The notes beneath the pieces were generated by a model that searched no databases, was not told the origin of the DNA, and saw only the letters and a list, made by a program, of their open reading frames with translations. Shown in pieces: positions 55,885 through 64,000 of a stretch of 64,000 nucleotides of DNA; position 1 is the stretch's first letter, and each line of letters begins with the position of its first letter. Source of the DNA: Gemmatimonadales bacterium (GTDB lineage Bacteria; Gemmatimonadota; Gemmatimonadetes; Gemmatimonadales; GWC2-71-9); NCBI GenBank assembly GCA_035280265.1, contig DATEGE010000005.1:983-64982 (forward strand), in the 5' to 3' direction. Both the position numbers and the translations under genes were made by a program.

Positions 55885-56582
55885 GACTCGCGCTATTTGG
55901 ACGGGGCGGCATGGGGCGCGTCGTGGCCGAGCGGGCCACGGCCGCGGGGCTCGAGGTCGGAACGGTATTCACGTCGGCCGACGCCGGCCGCAACGGCGAT
56001 CAACTGGCCGCCCTGCTGCGCGGCCACGACGTGGCAATCGACTTCTCGACCGCCGAAGCGGTGCTTCGCGACGCCACGGCGTGCGCGCGGGCCGGCGTGC
56101 CGCTGGTCGAGGGGACCACGGGTTGGCGTGATCGCGAAGCGGAAGTGCGCGCGGCGGTGGAGCAGGGCGGGAGTGCCCTGGTGTACGGCCCGAATTTCTC
56201 CATCGGTGCGAACCTGTTCTATCGCCTCGCGACGCGCGCGGCGGAACTGTTCCGCGCATTCGGGGACTACGAGCCGTTCATCGAAGAGGCACACCACGCG
56301 ACGAAGCGCGACGCCCCTTCGGGAACCGCCCTGCGGTTGCGCGACCTCGTCGCCCCCGGCCGAGCGATCTCCGTCGCGAGCACCCGCGCGGGGCATATTC
56401 CCGGTACCCATCGCGTGGGGTTCGACTCAGTCGCTGATCAGATCGTGCTCGAGCACGCCGCCCGCTCACGCGACGGCTTTGCGGCCGGGGCGCTCGTCGC
56501 GGCACACTGGATCATGGGACGCAGGGGAGTGTTTACGTTCGACGAGGTGATGGACGACATGCTCGCGACCGTCAGGCGCTGA
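55881..56582 (+). CDS. dapB: 4-hydroxy-tetrahydrodipicolinate reductase
   Basis: GTG 55881 forms a GTGA overlap with the upstream stop. MRLALFGRGGMGRVV...DFSTAEAV...VEGTTGW...SIGANLF...EAHHATKRDAPSGTAL. The track start (55425) is over-extended. Confidence 0.85.
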   Translation: MRLALFGRGGMGRVVAERATAAGLEVGTVFTSADAGRNGDQLAALLRGHDVAIDFSTAEAVLRDATACARAGVPLVEGTTGWRDREAEVRAAVEQGGSALVYGPNFSIGANLFYRLATRAAELFRAFGDYEPFIEEAHHATKRDAPSGTALRLRDLVAPGRAISVASTRAGHIPGTHRVGFDSVADQIVLEHAARSRDGFAAGALVAAHWIMGRRGVFTFDEVMDDMLATVRR

Positions 56583-56603
56583 GCAGGAACGAGGAGCACG
56601 CAG

Positions 56604-57521
56604 ATGCGCGTGGACTGGCTACGCGGCGGCGCGACCGCGCTCGTCACCCCCTTCGCGGCTGACGGATCGGTGGACGATGTGCGCCTGGGGGCGCTGGTCG
56701 AGCGCCAGATCTCGGGCGGCATCCGCGTGCTCGTGCCTTGTGGCACCACCGGCGAGAGCGCCACCCTCACCGCGGAGGAGCAGCGCCGCGTGATCGCGCT
56801 GACGATCGACGCGGCGCGGGGCCGGGCGCGAGTCCTCGCCGGCGCTGGCGGCAACGCGACCGCCGCCGCGGTGGAGCGTGCGCAGGCCGCGCGTGCGGCG
56901 GGCGCGGACGGCGTCCTGGTCGTCGCGCCCTACTACAACAAACCCACCCAGGCGGGGTTGATCGCGCATTTCCGCGCGGTCGCCGCCGCCGTGCCCGGCC
57001 TTCCGGTAGTCCTTTACAACGTTCCTGGACGCACCGGCTCGAACATCGACGCTCCCACGGTGCTCGCCCTGGCGCGGGAGACGGAAAACATCGTCGCCGT
57101 GAAGGAGGCGTCCGGGAACTTCTCGCAGATCATGGCGCTGCTGCGCGAACGACCGGAGGGATTCCGCGTGCTGTCGGGCGACGATGCCCTCACCCTGCCA
57201 CTCATGGTGCTCGGCGCGGACGGCATCGTATCGGTGGTCTCGAACGAGGTACCGGATCTCCTATCCCGCCTCGCCGACGCGGCGCTCGCGGGCCGCTGGG
57301 AGGACGCCCGCACGCTGCACAACCGACTGCTGCCGCTGATGGAGGCCAACTTCATCGAATCGAACCCCGGTCCCGTCAAGGCCGCGCTGGCGCTGATGGG
57401 CCTCCTCGAAGAGCGCTTTCGGCTCCCCCTCGTCCCGGTCCAGGAGAAAACGCGAGCACGTCTCCGCGACGTGCTCCAGGAACTCGGAGTCCTCGGTCGC
57501 GCCGCGCATGTCGCTGCGTGA
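56604..57521 (+). CDS. dapA: 4-hydroxy-tetrahydrodipicolinate synthase
   Basis: The SD GAGGAG is present. Motifs: [35 protein letters not shown] and VAVKEASGN. Confidence 0.9.
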   Translation: MRVDWLRGGATALVTPFAADGSVDDVRLGALVERQISGGIRVLVPCGTTGESATLTAEEQRRVIALTIDAARGRARVLAGAGGNATAAAVERAQAARAAGADGVLVVAPYYNKPTQAGLIAHFRAVAAAVPGLPVVLYNVPGRTGSNIDAPTVLALARETENIVAVKEASGNFSQIMALLRERPEGFRVLSGDDALTLPLMVLGADGIVSVVSNEVPDLLSRLADAALAGRWEDARTLHNRLLPLMEANFIESNPGPVKAALALMGLLEERFRLPLVPVQEKTRARLRDVLQELGVLGRAAHVAA

Positions 57522-58341
57522 GCGAATCGAAGGGCTCGCCGCGGCGCAACGCTCTACATACGACGACGCCGACCGCGCGCTGTTCACCGAATTCCGCGCT
57601 GCGCTGACGAAGGGCGCGGTGCGCGCCGCCGAGCGGACCGCTGGTGGCGAGTGGCGCGCGAACGCATGGGTGAAGCAGGGAATACTGCTCGGGTTCCGCA
57701 TGGGTGTGCTGACCGACATGTCGGTCGACACTACGCTGCGCTTCTTCGACAAGGACACCTATCCGGTGCGGCCTACCGCCCTCGCCGATAGCGTCCGCAT
57801 CGTGCCGGGAGGCTCGAGCATTCGCGACGGGAGCTACATGGCTCCTGGTGTGGTCTGCATGCCCCCGATGTATGTGAACGTCGGCGCATACGTGGACGAG
57901 GGGACCCTGATCGATAGCCATGCGCTCGTCGGCTCGTGCGCGCAGATCGGGAAACGCGTCCACCTGTCCGCTGCCGCGCAGGTGGGTGGGGTGCTCGAGC
58001 CGGTCGGCGCCGTCCCGGTCGTCATCGAAGATGACGTGCTCGTGGGCGGTGGCAGCGGAATCTACGAGGGGACCGTGGTGCGCGAGCACGCCGTGCTCGC
58101 GGCGGGGACGATCCTCACCGGCTCGACGCCGCTGTACGACCTGGTCCGCAACCAGGTGTACCGCCGGGCGAGCGGCCGACCCCTCGAGGTGCCGGCCGGC
58201 GCGGTCGTAGTACCGGGAGCACGTGCACTGCGTGAGGGCACGGGGGCGGAATGGGGACTCTCGCTGTACGCCCCGGTGATCGTGAAATACCGCGACGACC
58301 GTACCGACCTGGCGACCCAGCTGGAAGAGTACCTGCGGTGA
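57508..58341 (+). CDS. dapD: 2,3,4,5-tetrahydropyridine-2,6-dicarboxylate N-succinyltransferase
   Basis: It overlaps dapA by 14 nt. Motifs: [11 protein letters not shown] and the hexapeptide-repeat region [43 protein letters not shown]. Confidence 0.85.
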   Translation: MSLRERIEGLAAAQRSTYDDADRALFTEFRAALTKGAVRAAERTAGGEWRANAWVKQGILLGFRMGVLTDMSVDTTLRFFDKDTYPVRPTALADSVRIVPGGSSIRDGSYMAPGVVCMPPMYVNVGAYVDEGTLIDSHALVGSCAQIGKRVHLSAAAQVGGVLEPVGAVPVVIEDDVLVGGGSGIYEGTVVREHAVLAAGTILTGSTPLYDLVRNQVYRRASGRPLEVPAGAVVVPGARALREGTGAEWGLSLYAPVIVKYRDDRTDLATQLEEYLR

Positions 58342-58384
58342 TCTCCCAGTCCTCTAGGTGTGTCGCGATGCTGCCCGCTTACTG

Positions 58385-59056
58385 TCACTCCTCCCAGAGC
58401 GCGAACGCCCGTACTGGAAAGCTGCCGACGCCCTTCACCCTCGGCGGGACGGCATAGAACCGAAACCCGTCGTCCGGAATCTCTGCGAGCCGACACAGAT
58501 GCTCGACGATCGGGATGCCCGCGCCAAGGAGGAGGGAGTGCACAGGGCGAGTCCCGTCCTCGGCGTCATCGATGTTGAGCGAATCGATGCCGACGAGCGC
58601 CGCGCCGGCTGCGATGAGGGAGTCCGCCGCCGCGCGCGTGAGGAACGGATGGCCGCTACCGTACCGCTCCGTGCGCCAATGGCGGTCCCACCCGGTGTGT
58701 ACGAGCACCGCTTTCCGACGCAGATCACGACTCTCGAATAGCGAGGCATCGAGCGCGCGTGCGCTGCGCCCACTCGCGCGCGTGACGCAGCCCTCGAGAT
58801 CGGCCAGCGCCTCCAGACGATACGCAGCGATATCCGACCCGTCGTGATATCGGTGGAACGGGGCGTCGACGTACGTGCCGGTGTTCGCCAGCAGCTCGAT
58901 TTTGCCGATTTGGAAGGTGGTGCCGGGAGCGTAGCGGGTCGTGGACGCGGCCCGCGACAACCAGTCGCTGATCGCCGGGACCGGGAGGCCGGGATAGGTC
59001 ACCATGCCGTGCTCGATCTCGTGACTGAGGTCGACCAGGTGGCGCTGCGATTTCAT
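58385..59056 (-). CDS. Cyclase-family protein (kynurenine formamidase-like fold) with a divergent metal motif
   Basis: ATG 59056 forms an ATGA overlap with the upstream stop. The protein is 223 aa. NTGTYVDAPFH stands where the family usually has HxGTHxDAPxH. The track start (59290) is over-extended. Confidence 0.65.
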   Translation of the reverse strand: MKSQRHLVDLSHEIEHGMVTYPGLPVPAISDWLSRAASTTRYAPGTTFQIGKIELLANTGTYVDAPFHRYHDGSDIAAYRLEALADLEGCVTRASGRSARALDASLFESRDLRRKAVLVHTGWDRHWRTERYGSGHPFLTRAAADSLIAAGAALVGIDSLNIDDAEDGTRPVHSLLLGAGIPIVEHLCRLAEIPDDGFRFYAVPPRVKGVGSFPVRAFALWEE

Positions 59057-59898
59057 CGGGCGGTCGCCGGGGACCGTCGCGCCGGATCTTGACGATAGAA
59101 CCGCTGCAGCTCCCGGTACAGGTCCGGGTGATCGCGCTCGAGTTGGACCGGCTTCTCGAAGAACGCTTCGGTTGCGACCGCGAAGAACTCGGCTTCGTCC
59201 GTCGCCCCGTACGCGTCGAGCGTCGACCGCCGGCCGTGAGCCACGTCGCGTCGCAACCGCTCGTACTCGGTCGCGAGCACGCCACCCCACGTCCGTAACG
59301 CGCTTCGCGGCAGGACGGGCGCGCCGTCCGCCACGCCGTCTTCGGTGTCCAGCTGATGCGCGAACTCGTGCAGCACCACGTTCTCGCCATCGGCGAGACC
59401 TTGGGTTCCACGGATGACGTCCTCCCAGGAGATCACGACCACGCCGTCACTCAGCGATTCACCCTCGAGCGGAACGGGGGGCGACACGATCTCGCCGGAG
59501 TGGGGGGACCGGGCGAACTTTGGGATGAATCCGCGCGGATACACGAGTACGGTCCGGAGCGTGGGATAACACGGCCCCTCCAGGTGGAGCAGCAGCAGGC
59601 ACGCTTGGGCGGCGATCGTGACCTTCATTTCCTCGGTGACGACCAACCCACCGCTCCCCTCGAAGTGTTTCTCCCGCACAAACAGCTGCGCCAGTCGCAG
59701 CAGTCCCTCGCGTTCTTCGGCGGTCAGCCCTCGGGCGAGCGGGACGTCACGCTCCAAGATGCCGCGCCACCCGGGCGGGAACGGCTCGGTCGGCAGCCGG
59801 AGCCGTGGCGCCGGGAGGCGGCGCAGAACGGCCGAAACGCCGAGGTATCCCGTCGCCATCAGCACGAAAGCCACCACCACGACCGCGAGCAGCTCCAC
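59053..59898 (-). CDS. M90 (MtfA-like) zinc metallopeptidase with an N-terminal membrane anchor
   Basis: GTG 59898 immediately follows the upstream TAA. The TM segment is MELLAVVVVAFVLMATGYLGVSAVL. Motifs: HEFAHQLD and EAEFFAVATEAFFEKP. Confidence 0.8.
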   Translation of the reverse strand: MELLAVVVVAFVLMATGYLGVSAVLRRLPAPRLRLPTEPFPPGWRGILERDVPLARGLTAEEREGLLRLAQLFVREKHFEGSGGLVVTEEMKVTIAAQACLLLLHLEGPCYPTLRTVLVYPRGFIPKFARSPHSGEIVSPPVPLEGESLSDGVVVISWEDVIRGTQGLADGENVVLHEFAHQLDTEDGVADGAPVLPRSALRTWGGVLATEYERLRRDVAHGRRSTLDAYGATDEAEFFAVATEAFFEKPVQLERDHPDLYRELQRFYRQDPARRSPATAR

Positions 59899-61374
59899 TT
59901 AGTCCCACCAACAATAGAGGCGTTGCGACTCGACGAGCTCTTTCGCGAGCGCGTCCACGTTTCCCGTCCCTTGCTCCACGATGTCGGGACAGAACGTGTA
60001 GAACCACTTGGCCAACCTCGCCGGGTCACGAATCACTCCCGTGAACCGACCTTCCACCCAGTCGAAGTCGATGCCCGTGAGAATAAACGGCTGCTCGCGC
60101 TGCACCGCCCGGAGCCAGGCGACAATGCTGTCCGAGCCGATACCGTAGTTCGCACCGTTCGTGCCCATCAGCCGGAGGATCTCGTACGGATCAGGGCGGG
60201 GAAATAACGCGACCCGGTCAGCGCGACCTTGAATTCCGAAGTGCTGCTCCGCCCGGAAGAGATAGAAGCCCTTCTCGAGGAACCGGGACTGCACCGCGTC
60301 GACCAGCGCTTCCGACCGGTTCGACGGCACGCCCACCGCGAATCCTTCCGTTACCGTCGAGTCGCCGAGCGAATCACGGCCGGCGAGCGGCGTGGCAGTC
60401 GAGCCGGCTAACTGCTCCAACGCCCGCACCGCGCCGGCAAAGTCGTTGGGCACGGTGAAGTCGGCGGGGAGCGCCACCGTTGAGCGAGTAAGCGTGCTGA
60501 GACGACGCACGAGGCCCGAGCCCAAGCGGGTGACGATCAACACCGCGACGGCGAGCGCGGCGATCCAGGCGACCGACATCTTGCTGCGCGGCTGTGCGAT
60601 CGGATGAGGGTCGCGGCCCTCCATGCCGAGCTCGCGCAGCAGCGCCGCGCCGCGGCGGCGCAGCCGCGCCATGCGGATGGCGCGGAACGGCGGCAGCAGC
60701 CGCCACGTCATTTTCCACGCCCCTACAAAGGTGGGACGGAACGTCTCCGTGGCGTCGTCCCGACGCCACGTTCTCACTGCGACTTGCTCGGTCAGCTCCC
60801 GGACCATCGCCTGGGACAGGAAGCGGGCGGGCTCCTCTTGGTGATCGAAGGGGATCGTCGTCGCGGCGCCGAAATACCGCTGGAGGTACGCCCGCTTGAT
60901 CCGGCACAACCGGGCGGGGTCGCGGACGTCGGGGAGCTGCAGCACGATCCGCTGCGGTGTCGGAGTGAAGACACCCAGGCGCGGGCTGTTGTTCACTGTC
61001 ATGCTCCGCCCATCGCGGAACTTGGTTGGCAACTCCACGTAGCTGGTGACGAGGCGCGCCGGGGGGGCGGCGGAGAACGCCGTGACTGCAAGCGCCAGCT
61101 CCCCCGTGTCGGGGCGCTCCAACATGGTGGCGCGCATGCTGACGTGTTTGACCTGCCCACCCTGAAACAAGTCCGCCACGACACGGAATCCTTCGCCGGC
61201 GAGCGCGTCGCACATCTGGCGCAGCGTCTGCGCCACGTCCGGCGGCACCACGTGGCGCCCGGGGACAAGCGGCTCGAACGCTGGCCGCGCCCCGACCCGC
61301 TGCGTGAGCCACACGACGATGGGGCCGAGCCAGTAAGGCGCGAGCAAGATGGCAAGCCACACGAGGTAGACCAC
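59899..61374 (-). CDS. Membrane protein with a C-terminal DUF4253 domain
   Basis: 491-aa ORF. The N-terminal helix is MVYLVWLAILLAPYWLGPIVVWL and there is a second TM (VAWIAALAVAVLIV). The C-terminus ...GIDFDWVEGRF...FCPDIVEQGTG...LYCWWD matches my memory of DUF4253. Confidence 0.65.
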   Translation of the reverse strand: MVYLVWLAILLAPYWLGPIVVWLTQRVGARPAFEPLVPGRHVVPPDVAQTLRQMCDALAGEGFRVVADLFQGGQVKHVSMRATMLERPDTGELALAVTAFSAAPPARLVTSYVELPTKFRDGRSMTVNNSPRLGVFTPTPQRIVLQLPDVRDPARLCRIKRAYLQRYFGAATTIPFDHQEEPARFLSQAMVRELTEQVAVRTWRRDDATETFRPTFVGAWKMTWRLLPPFRAIRMARLRRRGAALLRELGMEGRDPHPIAQPRSKMSVAWIAALAVAVLIVTRLGSGLVRRLSTLTRSTVALPADFTVPNDFAGAVRALEQLAGSTATPLAGRDSLGDSTVTEGFAVGVPSNRSEALVDAVQSRFLEKGFYLFRAEQHFGIQGRADRVALFPRPDPYEILRLMGTNGANYGIGSDSIVAWLRAVQREQPFILTGIDFDWVEGRFTGVIRDPARLAKWFYTFCPDIVEQGTGNVDALAKELVESQRLYCWWD

Positions 61375-61383
61375 CCGGCCTCC

Positions 61384-61794
61384 TCAGGACGAGACGGGTT
61401 GCGCCGGCGGCAAGACACGCATCAGGGCTTTCAGCAGCTGCCCATCCGGAGAGCCCCCCTCGGGTGCGTCGGCGAGAACGACGCTGAAGCGCCGCCGGAG
61501 GAGCGGGTCCCGCATGGCGTGCGCGGCGAACTGCAGCGTGAGAGGAATGAACCAGCGCGCCTGCCGGGCGCCCGCGCCGGCACGTGCAACCGCGGCGTAC
61601 TGCTCGAACAGGGCGAGCAGGAAGGCGCTCTTCGAGGGAAACTGTCCGTAGATCGCCCCCTTCGTGAAGCCCGCCGCTTGAGCCACCTCATCGAGCGTTG
61701 CCAGCTCAATGCCGCGCTCCGCGATGACGGCGAGCCCGGCCTGGAGGAGCATGGCCCGTGTCTCGGCCATCCGCCGCTGGCGAACGATACCCAT
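61384..61794 (-). CDS. TetR/AcrR family transcriptional regulator
   Basis: 136-aa ORF. The HTH is ATLDEVAQAAGFTKGAIYGQFPSKSAFLLALFE. It is short for the family. Confidence 0.85.
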   Translation of the reverse strand: MGIVRQRRMAETRAMLLQAGLAVIAERGIELATLDEVAQAAGFTKGAIYGQFPSKSAFLLALFEQYAAVARAGAGARQARWFIPLTLQFAAHAMRDPLLRRRFSVVLADAPEGGSPDGQLLKALMRVLPPAQPVSS

Positions 61795-61839
61795 GGGAAT
61801 CTACGATACTCACTGGAATTCCAACCAGCAACCTAAAGC

Positions 61840-61860
61840 ATCCGAACCGTGAGTTCGGAT
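61840..61860. promoter_or_regulatory. Candidate TetR operator palindrome
   Basis: ATCCGAAC-cgtga-GTTCGGAT has perfect 8-bp arms. It is nested inside a wider symmetric pair GATACTC (61805-61811) / GAGTATC (61867-61873). It lies in the divergent intergenic region. Confidence 0.45.
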
Positions 61861-61991
61861 ACCAACGAGTATCCTAATTGACCATGTAACGACGCCGTCG
61901 TGCTCCGCGTGTCGGCTCCATTTGCAACGCACCGCTGCAGTTCCAAACATTGGGGCCCCGCGCCCGCTCTGTCCCGCTAGAGGAGGACGTT

Positions 61992-62738
61992 GTGACTGAG
62001 ACCGGTCTTCAGTTCGATCACGCCGAGCATCCTGCTCCGGCGAGCGGCGCGGTCTGCGGGTTCTGCAAGCAGTCGATCGCGACGACGTACTTCGAGATCA
62101 ACGGCCAGGTCGCCTGCTCGCGCTGCCGTAGCCAGGTCATGGCAGCGTGGAACCGTGGATCCCCGGCCAAGCGCTTCGCGAAGGCATTCGGCTTGGGCGC
62201 GGCTGCGGCGGCCCTCGGCGCCGCGGTCTATTACGCGTTCGTCTCGATTTCGAACATCGACTGGAGTCTCGTGACGGTCGCCATCGGCGTGTTCGTCGGT
62301 AGCGCGGTGCGCAAGGGATCGAACGGCCGGGGGGGCTGGCGCTACCAGCTGCTGGCGATGTTCCTCACGTACAGCGCCGTCGTCGCGACGGATTCGTCGT
62401 TGATCGCGCGGGAGTTCACGAAGGAGTTCCGGGCCCGCGCCGATTCGGTCCGAGCGACCGCAGGTCCGAGCGCCGCGCTCGCGGGCGTAGGAGCCGCGAC
62501 CACCGCCTCCGACAGCACTCTCAAGACGAAACGTGACCGCCCCGGGGCCTTGGTGGCGGTGATCGGGCTCGTCGTGCTCTTGGGGCTGGCATACGCTGCC
62601 CCGATCGCGATCGGGGTCGCAAGCCCACTTCATCTGTTGATCGCCGGCCTGGGGCTGTACGCCGCCTGGAAAGTCAATCGCGGCGGCGCGCTGCGTGTCA
62701 CGGGACCCTACCAAGCGGTAGCTCCTAGCGCCGCCTAG
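61992..62738 (+). CDS. Membrane protein with an N-terminal zinc ribbon
   Basis: GTG 61992 is preceded by AGAGGAGGA. CGFCKQ...CSRCRS is followed by several hydrophobic helices. No family recognised. The track start (61950) is probably over-extended. Confidence 0.6.
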   Translation: MTETGLQFDHAEHPAPASGAVCGFCKQSIATTYFEINGQVACSRCRSQVMAAWNRGSPAKRFAKAFGLGAAAAALGAAVYYAFVSISNIDWSLVTVAIGVFVGSAVRKGSNGRGGWRYQLLAMFLTYSAVVATDSSLIAREFTKEFRARADSVRATAGPSAALAGVGAATTASDSTLKTKRDRPGALVAVIGLVVLLGLAYAAPIAIGVASPLHLLIAGLGLYAAWKVNRGGALRVTGPYQAVAPSAA

Positions 62739-62742
62739 CGCC

Positions 62743-63777
62743 ATGAGCGACGTCGGGGCGGAGCAGATCGAGGTCTGTCCGCAATGCGGCACCCACGTCG
62801 CGCCCGCGCTGCTCGCCTGCCCTTCCTGTCATCGCCTCGTCCATGCCGACGAGCTGAAGCGCTTGGCTTCCGAGGCCGAGCGGGCGACGCAGGCGAACGA
62901 CCCGAGCGCCGCGCTGGCCGCCTGGCGAGAGGCGCTCGAGCTCCTACCTCCGGGTTCGAGGCAGTACCAAACAGTCTCCGCGCGCATCGCCGAGTTGAGC
63001 CGCTTGGTGGAGCGCACGCCCGCTCCTGGAAAGCCCGCCTCTCGCCTGGGCAAAGGCGCCGCTGGTCTTGGTGCGCTCGGCGCGCTGCTCGCCAAGTTCA
63101 AGTTCGCCATCGTTTTCTTGCTTACCAAAGCCAAACTCTTGCTGCTCGGTTTGACGAAGGCGGGAACGCTCGTGAGCATGCTGCTCTCGGCGGGCGTTTA
63201 CTGGACGATGTGGGGATGGAAGTTCGCGCTCGGCGTCGTGCTCTCCATCTATATCCACGAGATGGGGCACGTGCAGGCGTTGCAGCGCTACGGCATCAAG
63301 GCCACGGCGCCGATGTTCATCCCCGGCTTCGGCGCGGTGATCCGCCTCAAGCAGTACCCGGCCAACCCGCGAGAAGACGCGCGCGTCGGGCTCGCCGGTC
63401 CGATGTGGGGTATGAGCGCCGCGCTCGTGGCCTACGCGATCTATCGTGCGACCCACCTCGGTATCTGGGGAGCGATCGCGCACTTCGGCGCGTGGGTGAA
63501 CCTGTTCAACCTCGTGCCGGTGTGGCAGCTCGACGGCAGCCGGGGGTTTCGCGCGCTGACGCGTCTCGAGCGCTGGCTTGCGGTGGCCGTGGTCGCCGCG
63601 GCGTGGCTGGTGGCGCCGGAGGGGTTGCTCCTGCTGGTGGGCGTCGTCGCGGCCGCCCGCGCCGCCGTCGGCCCCGCGGCGAGCGAGCGCGACCAGACCG
63701 CGCTGCTCCAATACTGCTTCCTCATCGCGGTCCTCTCGCTCCTGTCGCGGATCGCCGCGCCCGTGATCGCGCGGTGA
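62743..63777 (+). CDS. M50 (site-2 protease family) membrane metalloprotease with an N-terminal zinc ribbon
   Basis: The zinc ribbon is CPQCG...CPSCH. Motifs: IYIHEMGHVQA (HExxH) and NLFNLVPVWQLDGSRG (the NxxPxxxLDG motif). Confidence 0.8.
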   Translation: MSDVGAEQIEVCPQCGTHVAPALLACPSCHRLVHADELKRLASEAERATQANDPSAALAAWREALELLPPGSRQYQTVSARIAELSRLVERTPAPGKPASRLGKGAAGLGALGALLAKFKFAIVFLLTKAKLLLLGLTKAGTLVSMLLSAGVYWTMWGWKFALGVVLSIYIHEMGHVQALQRYGIKATAPMFIPGFGAVIRLKQYPANPREDARVGLAGPMWGMSAALVAYAIYRATHLGIWGAIAHFGAWVNLFNLVPVWQLDGSRGFRALTRLERWLAVAVVAAAWLVAPEGLLLLVGVVAAARAAVGPAASERDQTALLQYCFLIAVLSLLSRIAAPVIAR

Positions 63778-63801
63778 TCGTCTCCACGCGCGGACTTGAC
63801 T

Positions 63802-63826
63802 GGGGGGTTACCCCCTCTATGTTTTC
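63802..63826 (+). terminator. Weak candidate intrinsic terminator after the M50 gene
   Basis: ggggg-gtta-ccccc is followed by tctatgttttc. The stem is short, so confidence is low. Confidence 0.35.
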
Positions 63827-63864
63827 GATTCGGCCCGTGCGCGACGCATATTTTGGGGAGTCTC

Positions 63865-64000
63865 GATGACGTACATCATCGCAGAGCCGTGCATCAACGT
63901 GAAAGACCGCTCCTGCGTGGATGTCTGTCCGGTGGACTGCATCTACGAAGGGGAGGACATGCTGTATATCCACCCCGACGAGTGCATCGACTGCGGCGCG
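63865..64000 (+). CDS. Ferredoxin (FdxA-like, 4Fe-4S/3Fe-4S type), 5' part only
   Basis: My own translation from ATG 63865 (GGGGAG 5 nt upstream): [45 protein letters not shown]. It is open at the window end. Confidence 0.85.

Overview
This is a GC-rich, very densely coding chromosomal segment. It holds about 62 protein genes, mostly on the minus strand, and many are joined by 4-nt ATGA/GTGA/TTGA start-stop overlaps. Most of the content is housekeeping:
- a fused 2-oxoacid dehydrogenase E1;
- a thiolase / 3-hydroxyacyl-CoA dehydrogenase / proline dehydrogenase / rsgA operon;
- glpD and queG;
- an ECF sigma / anti-sigma operon;
- mnmG-parA-parB with two perfect parS sites (an origin-proximal hallmark), continuing directly into an M23 peptidase and a bactofilin;
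- an ABC-2 exporter pair, sufBCDSU and def;
- a TPP riboswitch with thiC;
- an aspartokinase (fused to an M20 deacylase)-dapB-dapA-dapD cluster.

I recognised no rRNA, tRNA, CRISPR array, transposase, integrase or phage gene.

The most unusual signals are:
- two copies of a four-helix-bundle gene (23S rRNA intervening-sequence protein / Avd-like family), one frameshifted. Each sits in an operon spacer and is bracketed by inverted repeats, in one case inverted arrays of 15-bp tandem repeats;
- a 102-bp hairpin whose arms are 7-bp tandem repeats;
- several tightly coupled operons of unknown function: ATP-grasp + 4x zinc-ribbon metallopeptidase, TetR + DUF4253 + M90 + cyclase, and ECF sigma with two E-set/CBM48-like proteins.

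I found no single clear-cut new system; the cassettes are my best candidate. All calls rest on hand translation and remembered family motifs, and no searches were run. The taxon cannot be fixed from the sequence. Composition and gene content remind me of Gemmatimonadota-like high-GC soil bacteria, but that is a guess.
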